Positions 25,209 through 34,333 of a stretch of 50,993 nucleotides of DNA are shown piece after piece. The stretch lies in the NCBI GenBank assembly GCA_017992505.1, contig JAGOON010000002.1, positions 1-50,993 of the forward strand. The letters are read 5' to 3'. The stretch comes from Minisyncoccota bacterium. GTDB taxonomy: Bacteria > Patescibacteriota > Minisyncoccia > Phycocordibacterales > UBA918. Under the pieces are notes generated by a model. That model made no database searches and was not told the origin of the DNA. It worked only from the letters and a program-made list of their open reading frames with translations. A program made the translations under genes and the position numbers. The number at the start of each line of letters is the position of its first letter. Positions within the stretch are counted from its first letter, which is position 1.

Positions 25209-25796
25209 ATGTATTACATCGTCGGACTTGGTAATCATGGAGAAAAGTACCAAAACACACGACATAACGTCGGGTGGTTAGTGTGTGATTATGTACGAGA
25301 AAAAGGTGGCTTACCATCACTAGCTTCCGATAATTCTATGAGTGGTCGTGTGACTGAGGGAAAAATTGGCGGTGTGGATGTAAGGGTACTCTATCCCGAT
25401 ACGTTTATGAATCATTCTGGCTCGGCGGTAGCAAAATTCGTCCCTAGAGCGGAAGTTGGGAGTCTGATTGTGATTCATGATGATATTGACTTACCGCTTG
25501 GTGAAATTAAGCTTGGTAAAGGACGTGGTGATGGGGGAAATAATGGTGTGAAGTCAATAATCGAAAAGCTCGGTACAAAAGATTTTATTCGCATTCGTAT
25601 CGGTATCGCGCCAAGAAGTTTTTGGACTGGCGAGGTAAAACGTCCAGCTGGTGGGGGACCGCTTGAGCGCTTTGTCTTAAAGCCATTTACGCGGAGTGAA
25701 GGGGAGAGACTGGGGGAAGTAAAAGAGCGCGCCCTTGGCGCACTTCAAGAACTACTCCAAAAAGGTCTCGAGACCGCAATGAATAAGTACAACTAG
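25209..25796 (+). CDS. pth: Peptidyl-tRNA hydrolase
   Basis: 195 aa with GLGNHGEKYQNTRHNVG and HDDIDLPLG motifs. Confidence 0.95.
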   Translation: MYYIVGLGNHGEKYQNTRHNVGWLVCDYVREKGGLPSLASDNSMSGRVTEGKIGGVDVRVLYPDTFMNHSGSAVAKFVPRAEVGSLIVIHDDIDLPLGEIKLGKGRGDGGNNGVKSIIEKLGTKDFIRIRIGIAPRSFWTGEVKRPAGGGPLERFVLKPFTRSEGERLGEVKERALGALQELLQKGLETAMNKYN

Positions 25797-25850
25797 ACAG
25801 TTCTTAATATTTTGTGTTTACTGAATACAGAATTAAGAGGAGAGGAGAAT

Positions 25851-26081
25851 ATGTACACATTTGGAGCAATTGTAAGGCCAACTGATGAAACTTGCAGGCT
25901 TTCATTACGATTTCATCGAGACCAACGCTTTACGGTGCAGTCCGCCACACCTGTAACTCCGACCAATCGCCATCCACTTTCGGGTGACTACATCGGCCCA
26001 AGTTTAGGTGGAGAGTTTATGCTCGTTGTTACTGAAAGAAAAGAGCCCATTTCTTCAATTTTGGTACAGCAGGTCCACTGA
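25851..26081 (+). CDS. Hypothetical protein (76 aa)
   Basis: ATG at 25851 preceded by AGAGGAGAGGAG, with a terminator downstream. Confidence 0.45.
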   Translation: MYTFGAIVRPTDETCRLSLRFHRDQRFTVQSATPVTPTNRHPLSGDYIGPSLGGEFMLVVTERKEPISSILVQQVH

Positions 26082-26087
26082 GGTATC

Positions 26088-26121
26088 AAAAAAGCCGATC
26101 GTTTTGCGACCGGCTTTTTTT
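26088..26121. terminator. Bidirectional intrinsic terminator
   Basis: aaaaaagccgatcg-tttt-cgaccggctttttt. Confidence 0.8.
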
Positions 26122-26126
26122 CTTAA

Positions 26127-27221
26127 TTACTTCACTTCGTTTGCTTCCTTGAATGAAAGCGTCATCTTTTGGTCGTTTGGTTCAAAGAGAGTAATCTTGA
26201 ACTTGTAGACACCACCGAGTGAGAGGGCGGTCTTAAGCTTTTCTTCAGTTTCAAATTCTGAAACATGTACGAGACCTGCGACACCCTCTTCGATAGAGGC
26301 GAGTGCGCCGTGCTTGTTGTACTTGATGACAACCGCGTCAACGATTTGTCCCTTCTCGTACTTCTTGCCTGCTGTTTGCCATGGGTTTTCACGGAGTTGC
26401 TTGATAGAAAGTGAAATCTTATCGTCCTTCACTTCGATAACCTTTACATCAACAGCATCACCAACCTTGAACATACTCTTGGTGTCTTCAACAAGACCCC
26501 AGTCAATTTCTGAGATGTGTACGAGACCTTCAAGACCTGGTTCGAGCTTTACGAATACTCCGAAGTCCACCGCGCCAGTAACCTCTCCCTTTACGATTGA
26601 GCCAACTTCATACTTGTTCATCTTTTCGCCCTTTTCTTCTTTTTCTTGGAGGCTCTTTTCAGAGAAGATAAGCTTGTGTTCCTTTTGGTCGGCAGTAATC
26701 ATAACGACCGAAAGGTGCTTACCAACGAGGTCATTAAGCGCCGTGAGGATTTTGTCCTTATCGCCGTCTGTGACTCGTGGGTAGTTTTCAGCTGAGAGCT
26801 GTGAAGCAGGAAGGAATCCTTGGATACCTTGCCATTCGATGATAAGACCACCCTTGTTGGCGTCTTTTACTTCGAGACTCATGACTGCACCACGTTTTAC
26901 TGCTTCTTCTGCATCTGACCAGATGAGGGCTTGGCGAGCTTCCTTGAGAGAGAGTTCGATGTAGCCGTCTTCGTTTTCTGGAGTAACGACCTTTGAAGCG
27001 ATGGTGTCGCCTGGTGATACTTTACGAAGAATATCGCGAGCGTTCATGTACTCACGGCCGTAAATAATACCAGTTCCGTGTGGATGCACGTCGATATAGA
27101 CACGAGCGCGACCGATAGCTGACACAACGCCATCAACGATCTGACCTTCTTTTAATGGTTCTGGAGTCTGCGCCACAAAGTGATGCATGATTCCTGAAAC
27201 TACTGATGTAGATTCTGACAT
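26127..27221 (-). CDS. rpsA: 30S ribosomal protein S1 (four S1 domains)
   Basis: 364 aa made of repeated S1/OB motifs (G.IV.G.V......G..V.......G..H.SE). Confidence 0.9.
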   Translation of the reverse strand: MSESTSVVSGIMHHFVAQTPEPLKEGQIVDGVVSAIGRARVYIDVHPHGTGIIYGREYMNARDILRKVSPGDTIASKVVTPENEDGYIELSLKEARQALIWSDAEEAVKRGAVMSLEVKDANKGGLIIEWQGIQGFLPASQLSAENYPRVTDGDKDKILTALNDLVGKHLSVVMITADQKEHKLIFSEKSLQEKEEKGEKMNKYEVGSIVKGEVTGAVDFGVFVKLEPGLEGLVHISEIDWGLVEDTKSMFKVGDAVDVKVIEVKDDKISLSIKQLRENPWQTAGKKYEKGQIVDAVVIKYNKHGALASIEEGVAGLVHVSEFETEEKLKTALSLGGVYKFKITLFEPNDQKMTLSFKEANEVK

Positions 27222-27565
27222 ACTAAATATATGTTATTTCCGATGACACGCGTCCGCGCAACTATTGCTCGTGGCCATTGTCCGTGAGCGCGGGGTTAAA
27301 CGTGTGTCGCTAGAAGCTATTAATTACCTTATTAGGTGGGGCAAATATAATATAGAAAGGGTTTTTTGTCTACCGGACTGTTTCTGATATAGTAAGGATA
27401 TCCGCAGTCTGATGGAGGTTAAAGACTGTCGTGGTTTTTACCATGAAGTGGAGTTCCTCTAAGCCGCCCACATCGGGACGAGTACCAGTTCGCTGGAGCC
27501 AATACTTGTTTTGTTCATTCGCCGGTCACGTGCTGTAAAAAGCAGTGGGCGGCTTTTTATATATA
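27222..27565 (-). promoter_or_regulatory. Long structured region upstream of rpsA (candidate leader)
   Basis: No ORF and no SD before the ATG. Has nested GC-rich stems (ccgcgc/gcgcgg; gccgcccac/gtgggcggc) and a hairpin CAGUCU-UUAACCUCCAUC-AGACUG at about 27397-27428. Confidence 0.3.
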
Positions 27566-27969
27566 AGAAAAGCCCCACCAACATGACTTTAAGGTCGTCG
27601 TGTTGGTGGGGCTGTGGAATTGGGTTATACCCTTTGTGCCGGAGGTTTCCGGAAAGATACATTCCGATTTTCGTTCTTTCACCCCCGTCTCGGTACTATT
27701 ACCGAGAGAATCTACAGAGCTTGATCATGTTAGAAACCTCTCTCACTTTCTCGCTTGCGCGAGAAGCTGATACCGGCGCGTGTTCAGGCCTTGTTGGCGG
27801 CAATCGCGAGCACTGTTGCGCGGACGGCGGCTACAGGCGGGCTCGTCGAGGTCATTGAGCGAAAGCTCATGGCACTCTCCCTTGTGTGCTAACAGACTAA
27901 AGTCTGGTAACCGATCTCCTGGTAGTGGTTTGCGTGTATGTTCGCTCCTCTCGTATCCAGTGGTTACAG
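27566..27969 (-). ncRNA. Candidate structured ncRNA of about 400 nt, family unassigned
   Basis: The minus strand has TTGTCT-17 nt-TATCAT (28004-27976) upstream and an intrinsic terminator (27572-27612 plus a U-run) downstream. There is no credible ORF, GC is higher than in the flanks, and there are many local hairpins including a GNRA-capped one (GCUUCUCGC-GCAA-GCGAGAAAG). Confidence 0.35.
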
Positions 27970-28057
27970 TATTGGATGATATATGAACTCTTGCTTTTAG
28001 ACAACTTCTTTTTTCACAAGTATATAAAATCGCTTAGTGTGCTGAGATGATACATAA

Positions 28058-28090
28058 GAAAAGCCACGTCGAATCAAGTTCGACGTGGCT
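28058..28090 (-). terminator. Intrinsic terminator downstream of the 28096-28563 gene
   Basis: agccacgtcgaa-tcaa-gttcgacgtggct, with a U-run on the minus strand. Confidence 0.8.
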
Positions 28091-28095
28091 TGCGG

Positions 28096-28563
28096 TTACT
28101 TGGCGTGAGCCTTGCCTCGTAAATGATCGCGATTTGGGTTCCAGCGTTTAAGTTCTCGTCGTTCCGACCAGTGATGATCACGCACATTGGTGCGTGATCG
28201 ACCGGCATAAGCGATTGTAAACGAAATGATTTCAGCGGTGGGTCGCCGATAACCGATTTCGTTATTCAGGTGAATAACATCGGCATAGCGACGTTGGACC
28301 CAATCAACAATGTCTTCGCCAGGTTGATCATCCCAATCATAGTCGGCACCGAGCATTAGGCTCGACCAGAAGGTTTCTTCGAAGTTGTGGTCGAAAGGCT
28401 CGACCTCGTCTTCGATAGATTCAATAGGGAAAGAAGTGTAGGGGAAATCCAGAACGTTGGTTCGCCCCACATGAATCTCGTCGTCTTCGATAATCGAAAA
28501 ATCGAGAAACTTGCCTTGGAAAAGACAGGGGGAGGTGCCATGATCGCTCAGGAAACCAGTCAT
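28096..28563 (-). CDS. Hypothetical protein (155 aa; acidic body, basic tail)
   Basis: Clean ORF with its own terminator. No recognisable domain. Confidence 0.5.
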   Translation of the reverse strand: MTGFLSDHGTSPCLFQGKFLDFSIIEDDEIHVGRTNVLDFPYTSFPIESIEDEVEPFDHNFEETFWSSLMLGADYDWDDQPGEDIVDWVQRRYADVIHLNNEIGYRRPTAEIISFTIAYAGRSRTNVRDHHWSERRELKRWNPNRDHLRGKAHAK

Positions 28564-28694
28564 ACATTCTTCCTTCTTCTTAGAGGTTTATGGGGAACTG
28601 AACTCTTAAAATAGTGTCATATAAACAAAAGGCAGTCAATAAACACAATTGGGAGGAATGGTTAAAACACTTAGCGTTCCAGACGGCTTTGCCG

Positions 28695-28700
28695 TATAAT
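28695..28700 (+). promoter_or_regulatory. -10 TATAAT, 9 nt upstream of the ATG at 28710
   Basis: TATAAT-ggcgacact-ATG. Confidence 0.4.
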
Positions 28701-28709
28701 GGCGACACT

Positions 28710-29330
28710 ATGGTTATTTCATATTTCGGCGGTCAGTGCTTTAAAGTTTCCTTTGGCGATACGACCCTAGCATTTAATCCAATTTCAAAGAAATCAAAGC
28801 TTGAATCGACTAAGTTTGGTTCTGATGTTGCATTCATTACTCTGTGGCACCCTGATTTTAATGGTGTGGAGCAAGTGACACATGGGAGTAAGGAACCAGT
28901 GGTGATTGATGGTCCAGGTGAATACGAAATGGGAAGCGTCGCTGCACGCGGATTTGGGGTAAAAACTACCTACGATAAACTCGAAACATATAACACCATC
29001 TATCAAGTCCAGATGGAAGAAATGAATCTCGTGTTCTTCGGTGCGCTCGGTGATCCAGAGATTGATCCAAAGATTCTTGGAGAACTTGGCGATATCGATA
29101 TCCTTTTTCTTCCAATCGGAGGTGGTGACGTACTCTCGGTACCACAGGCGAGTAAGCTTGCGGTCAAACTTGAAGCAAAGCTCATTATTCCGATGCACTA
29201 TGATGCAGACACGCTCAAACTCTTTCTCAAAGAAGAGGGACAAGAAGGCCTTAAGCCAGTCGATAAGCTCACTATTAAACGAAAGGAAGTAAATGCAATG
29301 GAGGGTGAAGTGGTGGTAATCAAAAGCTAA
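28710..29330 (+). CDS. MBL-fold metal-dependent hydrolase (UPF0173-like)
   Basis: 206 aa from the ATG at 28710 (MVISYFGGQCFKVSFGD...). Beta-lactamase-fold pattern with an ...IIPMHYD motif. Confidence 0.7.
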   Translation: MVISYFGGQCFKVSFGDTTLAFNPISKKSKLESTKFGSDVAFITLWHPDFNGVEQVTHGSKEPVVIDGPGEYEMGSVAARGFGVKTTYDKLETYNTIYQVQMEEMNLVFFGALGDPEIDPKILGELGDIDILFLPIGGGDVLSVPQASKLAVKLEAKLIIPMHYDADTLKLFLKEEGQEGLKPVDKLTIKRKEVNAMEGEVVVIKS

Positions 29331-29338
29331 ATAATATA

Positions 29339-29746
29339 ATGGCTGGCTCTTTCAACAAACTTAGAAAAAAGCCGAAGCATGTTCGCGATAACGTCGCCTT
29401 TGGAGTGGCCAGTGGATTTACTTTTATGGTTGCGATTGCGTGGTTTTTGGTTGGATTTGGCGGGGAATCAAAATCTCCTGAAATAACGACCGAAGAAACC
29501 AACGGTGCATTCTCGACGCTTTTAAAGCAAATACAGGAGCAGGTGGCGACAGTCAAAGAAGGAGTAAAAGAGGACACAAAAGCTTCTTCGACTATGTCGA
29601 GTGTTACGGGGGAATGGGGATTATCTGCCCAAAATGCCAGTTCATCAAACAGTGTTGCACCAAAAGAAGCAGCTATTATGATTATCACTTCTTCAAGTAC
29701 CACGGGAACGACCTCCACCCATGTGACTCCAAGTGTGCTATACTAG
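29339..29746 (+). CDS. Hypothetical membrane-anchored protein (135 aa), Ser/Thr-rich C-terminus
   Basis: One TM helix (VAFGVASGFTFMVAIAWFLVGF). No recognisable domain. Confidence 0.5.
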   Translation: MAGSFNKLRKKPKHVRDNVAFGVASGFTFMVAIAWFLVGFGGESKSPEITTEETNGAFSTLLKQIQEQVATVKEGVKEDTKASSTMSSVTGEWGLSAQNASSSNSVAPKEAAIMIITSSSTTGTTSTHVTPSVLY

Positions 29747-29777
29747 CCAACGTTTATTGAGAGATTAGTCAGTATTT

Positions 29778-32249
29778 ATGCCGAAAAAGACACCAGCCCC
29801 AGAACCTCAAATCACACCTGAACGAGGTATCGTCGTCCAAAGTATCACGGGCGAAATGGAAACTGCGTACCTCGACTATGCAATGTCGGTTATTACATCG
29901 CGCGCACTTCCAGATGTGCGTGATGGTTTGAAACCAGTACACCGACGTATCCTCTACTCAATGCGTCTCAATGGACTTACTTCAACAGCAAAGTTTAAGA
30001 AGTCAGCCACGGTAGTGGGAGACGTACTTGGTAGTTTCCACCCTCACGGCGACTCGGCTGTATATGAGTCGATGGTAAAACTTGTCCAGCCGTTTTCCAC
30101 ACGTTATCCACTGGTTATTGGACAGGGTAACTTTGGTTCCATCGACGGGGATAGTGCTGCGGCATATCGTTATACTGAAGCAAAAATGTCTAAAGTGGCA
30201 GAAGAACTCCTTCGCGATCTTGAAAAGGATACGGTTGATTGGCGACCAAACTTCGATGGTACTAAGAAAGAGCCGACAGTACTTCCTGCAGCAGCACCAA
30301 ACCTTCTTTTGCTTGGTTCGCTTGGTATTGCTGTGGGTATGGCGACCAATATCCCGCCACACAATCTTCGAGAAATCGCCGCTGCTGTTGCACACTTAAC
30401 TGATAATCCTGACGCATCTACCGATGACCTGTTAAAATTCGTAAAGGGCCCAGATTTTCCAATGGGGGCCATTGCGTTTAACCAAAAAGATATTGCGCAC
30501 GCATACGCCAATGGTCGTGGTGGGGTGGTGGTCCGTGGTGAAGCGGAAATTGTTGAAGATAAACGAGGAGCGTTTTCAATTATCATTACGTCGATTCCGT
30601 TCCGGGTAAACAAAGCCGACCTGCAAGAAAAAATTGCTGATTTAGTACGTGAAAAGAAGATTGAAGGTATTCGTGAAATGCGCGATGAATCAACGAGCGA
30701 CATTCGTGTGGTGATTGACCTTAAGACTGGTGCGCAACCGCAAACCGTTCTCAATAAGCTCTACAAACACACTCAGCTCGAAGACACCTTCCACTACAAC
30801 ATGGTGGCGCTTGTCGATGGGATTCCGCAGACACTTTCACTTAAGGTGATTCTTCAGGAATACATCAAGCATCGTTCGGAAGTGATCCGTCGTCGAACAC
30901 AATACGATTTAAATAAAGCCCAAGACCGTGAGCATATTTTGCTCGGTCTTAAGAAAGCGCTCGATCATATCGACGCTATCATTAAACTCATTCGGGCTTC
31001 GAAAGACGTACCAACAGCCCACGCTGGTTTGATGAAAGAATTTAAATTCTCCATCATTCAGGCGCAGGCTATTCTCGATATGCGACTTCAAAAGCTCGCT
31101 GGTCTTGAACGTAAAAAAATTGAGGACGAGCTTAGAGAAATTCAAAAGTTGATTAAGGAGCTGGAAGCGATCTTGAAGAGTAAGGCAAAAATGTTGTCGA
31201 TACTAAAGACAGAGCTACAAGAAGTGGCTGACAAGTTTGGTGACGACCGACGTACCAAGATTGTAAAAGGAGGTGTGAAGCAACTCAATCCCGAAGACTT
31301 GGTGCCAGATGAAGAGAGTGTGCTCGTACTCACTGCTGGTGGTTATGTGAAGCGTACAAATCCATCAGAATACAAGGTGCAAAAGCGCGGAGGTGTCGGG
31401 GTGATTGATTTAAATACCAAAGAGGAAGATGTCGTAACAACACTGCTTACCACTTCAGCTCACAGCGACCTTCTCTTCTTTACCAATATGGGTAAGGTGT
31501 ACAAGAGTAAGATGTACGAAATCCCAGAAGGAAAGCGTGCAACGAAAGGTAAATCAATCATGAACTTTTTGCCACTGACTTCTGAAGAGAAGGTGACATC
31601 TGTGCTCGCCGTTCGCAAGGAAGAATGGGATGGTGATTGGGGACTTATGATGTTCACCCAAAACGGTGTGGCGAAAAAGAGTGATGCTTCGGCATTTAAA
31701 GATGTTCGTCGAAGTGGACTCATTGCGATTACCCTCAAAGACAATGACTCGCTCATTGCGGCGCGCTTCGTAGGAAAGGGCGATGAGCTATCGCTCGTCA
31801 CTCGTGGTGGACAATCAATTCGCTTTAAAGAAGCCGATGTCCGCGAAATGGGACGAACTGCCTCAGGTGTAACAGCAATGAAGCTCGGTAAAGGCGACGA
31901 GATCGTATCAGCTGAAGTGTTTACAAAGGGTGCAAAGGACTTAGAGATTCTTGTGGTAACCGAAGATGGGTATGGAAAGGCAACTCCAGCGAAGGAATAC
32001 AAGGTACAAAATCGTGGCGGTTCTGGTATTAAGACCGTTAAGGTGACTGATAAAACTGGAAAGGTCGTGTGTGGAATCATTATCTCTGCCGAAGAACGAA
32101 AGGAAGGTGAGCTCGTGATTATGAGTAAGAAGGGACAAGTGATTAAGCTTCCTTTGAAGGATGTGCCAACGCTTGGTCGCGATACGCAAGGTGTCCGTGT
32201 GATGAAGATGCGAGCGGGGGATCAGATTGCCTCTGTAGTATTTGTTTAA
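29778..32249 (+). CDS. gyrA: DNA gyrase subunit A
   Basis: 823 aa with the active-site region [12 protein letters not shown], a QRDR-like segment ([12 protein letters not shown]) and C-terminal beta-pinwheel repeats. Confidence 0.97.
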   Translation: MPKKTPAPEPQITPERGIVVQSITGEMETAYLDYAMSVITSRALPDVRDGLKPVHRRILYSMRLNGLTSTAKFKKSATVVGDVLGSFHPHGDSAVYESMVKLVQPFSTRYPLVIGQGNFGSIDGDSAAAYRYTEAKMSKVAEELLRDLEKDTVDWRPNFDGTKKEPTVLPAAAPNLLLLGSLGIAVGMATNIPPHNLREIAAAVAHLTDNPDASTDDLLKFVKGPDFPMGAIAFNQKDIAHAYANGRGGVVVRGEAEIVEDKRGAFSIIITSIPFRVNKADLQEKIADLVREKKIEGIREMRDESTSDIRVVIDLKTGAQPQTVLNKLYKHTQLEDTFHYNMVALVDGIPQTLSLKVILQEYIKHRSEVIRRRTQYDLNKAQDREHILLGLKKALDHIDAIIKLIRASKDVPTAHAGLMKEFKFSIIQAQAILDMRLQKLAGLERKKIEDELREIQKLIKELEAILKSKAKMLSILKTELQEVADKFGDDRRTKIVKGGVKQLNPEDLVPDEESVLVLTAGGYVKRTNPSEYKVQKRGGVGVIDLNTKEEDVVTTLLTTSAHSDLLFFTNMGKVYKSKMYEIPEGKRATKGKSIMNFLPLTSEEKVTSVLAVRKEEWDGDWGLMMFTQNGVAKKSDASAFKDVRRSGLIAITLKDNDSLIAARFVGKGDELSLVTRGGQSIRFKEADVREMGRTASGVTAMKLGKGDEIVSAEVFTKGAKDLEILVVTEDGYGKATPAKEYKVQNRGGSGIKTVKVTDKTGKVVCGIIISAEERKEGELVIMSKKGQVIKLPLKDVPTLGRDTQGVRVMKMRAGDQIASVVFV

Positions 32250-32390
32250 AATTCCAGAAAGCACCCATCTGCTTCGTTGTCGTTCAGTAAAATAACTTTC
32301 ATCGTACATAAAGTACGTCTCAAGTTATTTTCTTCCGACGCCTCGCATCTCGGCACTTTCTGAAATTTTAAATTCCAGTAAGTATAATAA

Positions 32391-32424
32391 GAAAACAGGC
32401 AGGACCTTGGTCCTGCCTGTTTTC
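32391..32424 (+). terminator. Intrinsic terminator downstream of gyrA
   Basis: gaaaacaggcaggacc..ggtcctgcctgttttc followed by tttt. Confidence 0.8.
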
Positions 32425-32463
32425 TTTTACACATTAATCTAAACAGAGAACTCTCCAACCATA

Positions 32464-32469
32464 TATAAT
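32464..32469 (+). promoter_or_regulatory. -10 TATAAT, 7 nt upstream of the ATG at 32477
   Basis: TATAAT-aagaaca-ATG with no SD. Confidence 0.4.
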
Positions 32470-32476
32470 AAGAACA

Positions 32477-33025
32477 ATGACTGAAACATCAGAAAGTACT
32501 TTTGTCGTACCAGACATCGTCGTGTCGCATTTTCACTTAAAGTCTGGCGATGTAATTGCAGACTTCGGCGCAGGAAGCGGATACTTCCTAAAAGCCTTGT
32601 CGAGTCGAGTCGGTACTGACGGACGAGTGTATGCGTGCGAGATTCAAAAAAGTCTTGTTGAAAAAGTAAGTGAACAAGCACGGACACTTGGACTCAATAA
32701 TATCCACCCAATGTGGTGCGACCTTGAGGAGTCAAACGGTATTAAAATAAAAGAGGAGACACTCGATGTTGGTATTCTCGTGAATACACTCTTCCAGATT
32801 GAAAATAAGCAGGTGGGTATTATCGAAATGGCACGTACCATTCGCTCAGGCGGTCGTCTCATTATTATTGATTGGACGGACTCAGCGGGGGGGATGGGAC
32901 CGACCGAAAACCATGTTGTTTCACTCTATGATGCAGTGACGCTTTGTGAGGCAAATGGATTTGTTTTAGAACGGGAGTTTGAAGCGGGGAGTCATCATTA
33001 CGGGTTAGCATTTAGAAAACTATGA
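32477..33025 (+). CDS. Class I SAM-dependent methyltransferase
   Basis: 182 aa with motif I VIADFGAGSGYF and motif post-II GGRLIIIDW. Confidence 0.8.
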   Translation: MTETSESTFVVPDIVVSHFHLKSGDVIADFGAGSGYFLKALSSRVGTDGRVYACEIQKSLVEKVSEQARTLGLNNIHPMWCDLEESNGIKIKEETLDVGILVNTLFQIENKQVGIIEMARTIRSGGRLIIIDWTDSAGGMGPTENHVVSLYDAVTLCEANGFVLEREFEAGSHHYGLAFRKL

Positions 33026-34326
33026 AATTACGACCATTTGAATTAGGTCTTGTTGTTGTTTTTCTCGGTCTTATAATCACCGCGCTAATTTTTCTTTCTG
33101 CTTATAAAAAACCTGAAAATACGGACGGTCCAGTTGTTGGCGTAGTAAGTATATGGGGGGTACTTCCACAAGAAGTAGTCGCACCAATCCTCAGCGAAAT
33201 CATAAAAGCCGACGAAGCATATGATCAAGTGTCATACCGATCAGTTGAGATAGATCGTTTCAATGATGAGCTAGTCAATGCACTTGCTGATGGTCAGGGT
33301 CCAGATATCATACTTATTTCCCATGAACAACTCGTTGAAATGCGACGCCGGATTCAACCAATCTCTTATGAATCATTTCCGATTCGTGACATAAAAAACA
33401 TCTATATTGATGGCGCACAGATATTCACACTTTCAGATGGTCTGTATGCATATCCTATAGCAGTTGACCCGCTTGTAATGTATTGGAATCGTGATCTTGT
33501 TACTACCGATGGCTTTCTTGAGGCCCCAGAAACATGGGAAGAAATGGTAAATGAGTACCTACCAACACTCATTAGACGCAATCCAGACCGTTCAATCACG
33601 CGTAGTGTTGTTGCGTTCGGTGAATACGGTAATGTGAGAAACGGGTTCGGAATTATCTCAATGCTTTTGATGCAGGCGGGTACCAAGGGGGTTGTAGATG
33701 AAAAAGGACCTACTTATCGTATTGAACTTAATCAATCCAGTGATGGCTCGAGCGAACCACTTCGAGTCGTTTCAGATTTTTACACACGTTTCAGTAAGCC
33801 AACGAATAGCCTCTATTCTTGGAACCGTTCATTTAGTAGCGATCTTGATCGATTTATTAGTGGAGAATTGGTCTTTTACTTTGGCTATGCTAGTGAGGGT
33901 CCAGAAATTGAGAGACGAAACCCTAACCTTAGCTTTGATATTGCAGAAGTCCCGCAGGGCGCCGCGTCAACAGTGCGCCGTACCTATGGACGGTTTTACG
34001 GATTAGCCGCACTTCGTTCTTCAGATAATCTGACAGGAGTGAGTGCGGTCCTTAAAACATTTGGCGGTAAAGATGTTTCCGAAAAAATATCAAAGAGCGC
34101 TGCTATGGTGCCAGTATTTAGAGGGTCTGTCAGTGGAGGAAGTAATGACACCTACGGACGGATATCTTTCAAATCTGCCACCATTGCATTCGGTTGGTTG
34201 AATCCAAAACTTTCTAAATCAAACGAAATTTTCCAGACGCTGACCGAAGATATTAATGAGAATCGACGTGATGTTAGCGGAGCTGCTAATGACGTTATTG
34301 AACGTTTAGAACAAGAGTATAATTAA
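33022..34326 (+). CDS. Extracellular solute-binding-protein-like protein (SBP family 1-like), membrane anchored
   Basis: 434 aa. N-terminal TM helix and SBP_bac_1-like strings (YPIAVDPLVMYWNRDL, APETWEEMV). Its start overlaps the methyltransferase stop (ATGA). Confidence 0.55.
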   Translation: MKLRPFELGLVVVFLGLIITALIFLSAYKKPENTDGPVVGVVSIWGVLPQEVVAPILSEIIKADEAYDQVSYRSVEIDRFNDELVNALADGQGPDIILISHEQLVEMRRRIQPISYESFPIRDIKNIYIDGAQIFTLSDGLYAYPIAVDPLVMYWNRDLVTTDGFLEAPETWEEMVNEYLPTLIRRNPDRSITRSVVAFGEYGNVRNGFGIISMLLMQAGTKGVVDEKGPTYRIELNQSSDGSSEPLRVVSDFYTRFSKPTNSLYSWNRSFSSDLDRFISGELVFYFGYASEGPEIERRNPNLSFDIAEVPQGAASTVRRTYGRFYGLAALRSSDNLTGVSAVLKTFGGKDVSEKISKSAAMVPVFRGSVSGGSNDTYGRISFKSATIAFGWLNPKLSKSNEIFQTLTEDINENRRDVSGAANDVIERLEQEYN

Positions 34327-34333
34327 TAAGCGT

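Noticed and set aside
27560-27625. Possible tmRNA, including a permuted two-piece form. GCCCCACCA and GGGGCU words flank a loop, and GGGGCUGUGGAAUUGGG resembles a tmRNA 5' end.
   Set aside because: The words are simply the two arms of a palindromic terminator stem. There is no adjacent T-arm, no G3-U70 pair, no matching 3' tRNA-like end for a one-piece form, and no convincing tag reading frame ending in a hydrophobic tail.
27385-27770. Possible RNase P RNA. The strings GAGAAAGUGAGAG, GGGGGUGAAAGAACG (27672-27686) and CCACGACAGUC (27424-34) occur in the order of the conserved regions CR-I, CR-II and CR-IV.
   Set aside because: There is no GAGGAAAGUCC/ACAGAA..CCGGCUUA pair able to form P4. The complementary segments I could find are in the wrong order or only 5-6 bp long. 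The span would also run through a strong terminator. I leave it unresolved: an Rfam scan could still overturn this rejection.
30170-32080. Long minus-strand ORFs (30170-30754, 31460-32080) antisense to gyrA
   Set aside because: These are shadow ORFs within a conserved gene. Their products are Ser/Arg/Pro-rich with no motifs.
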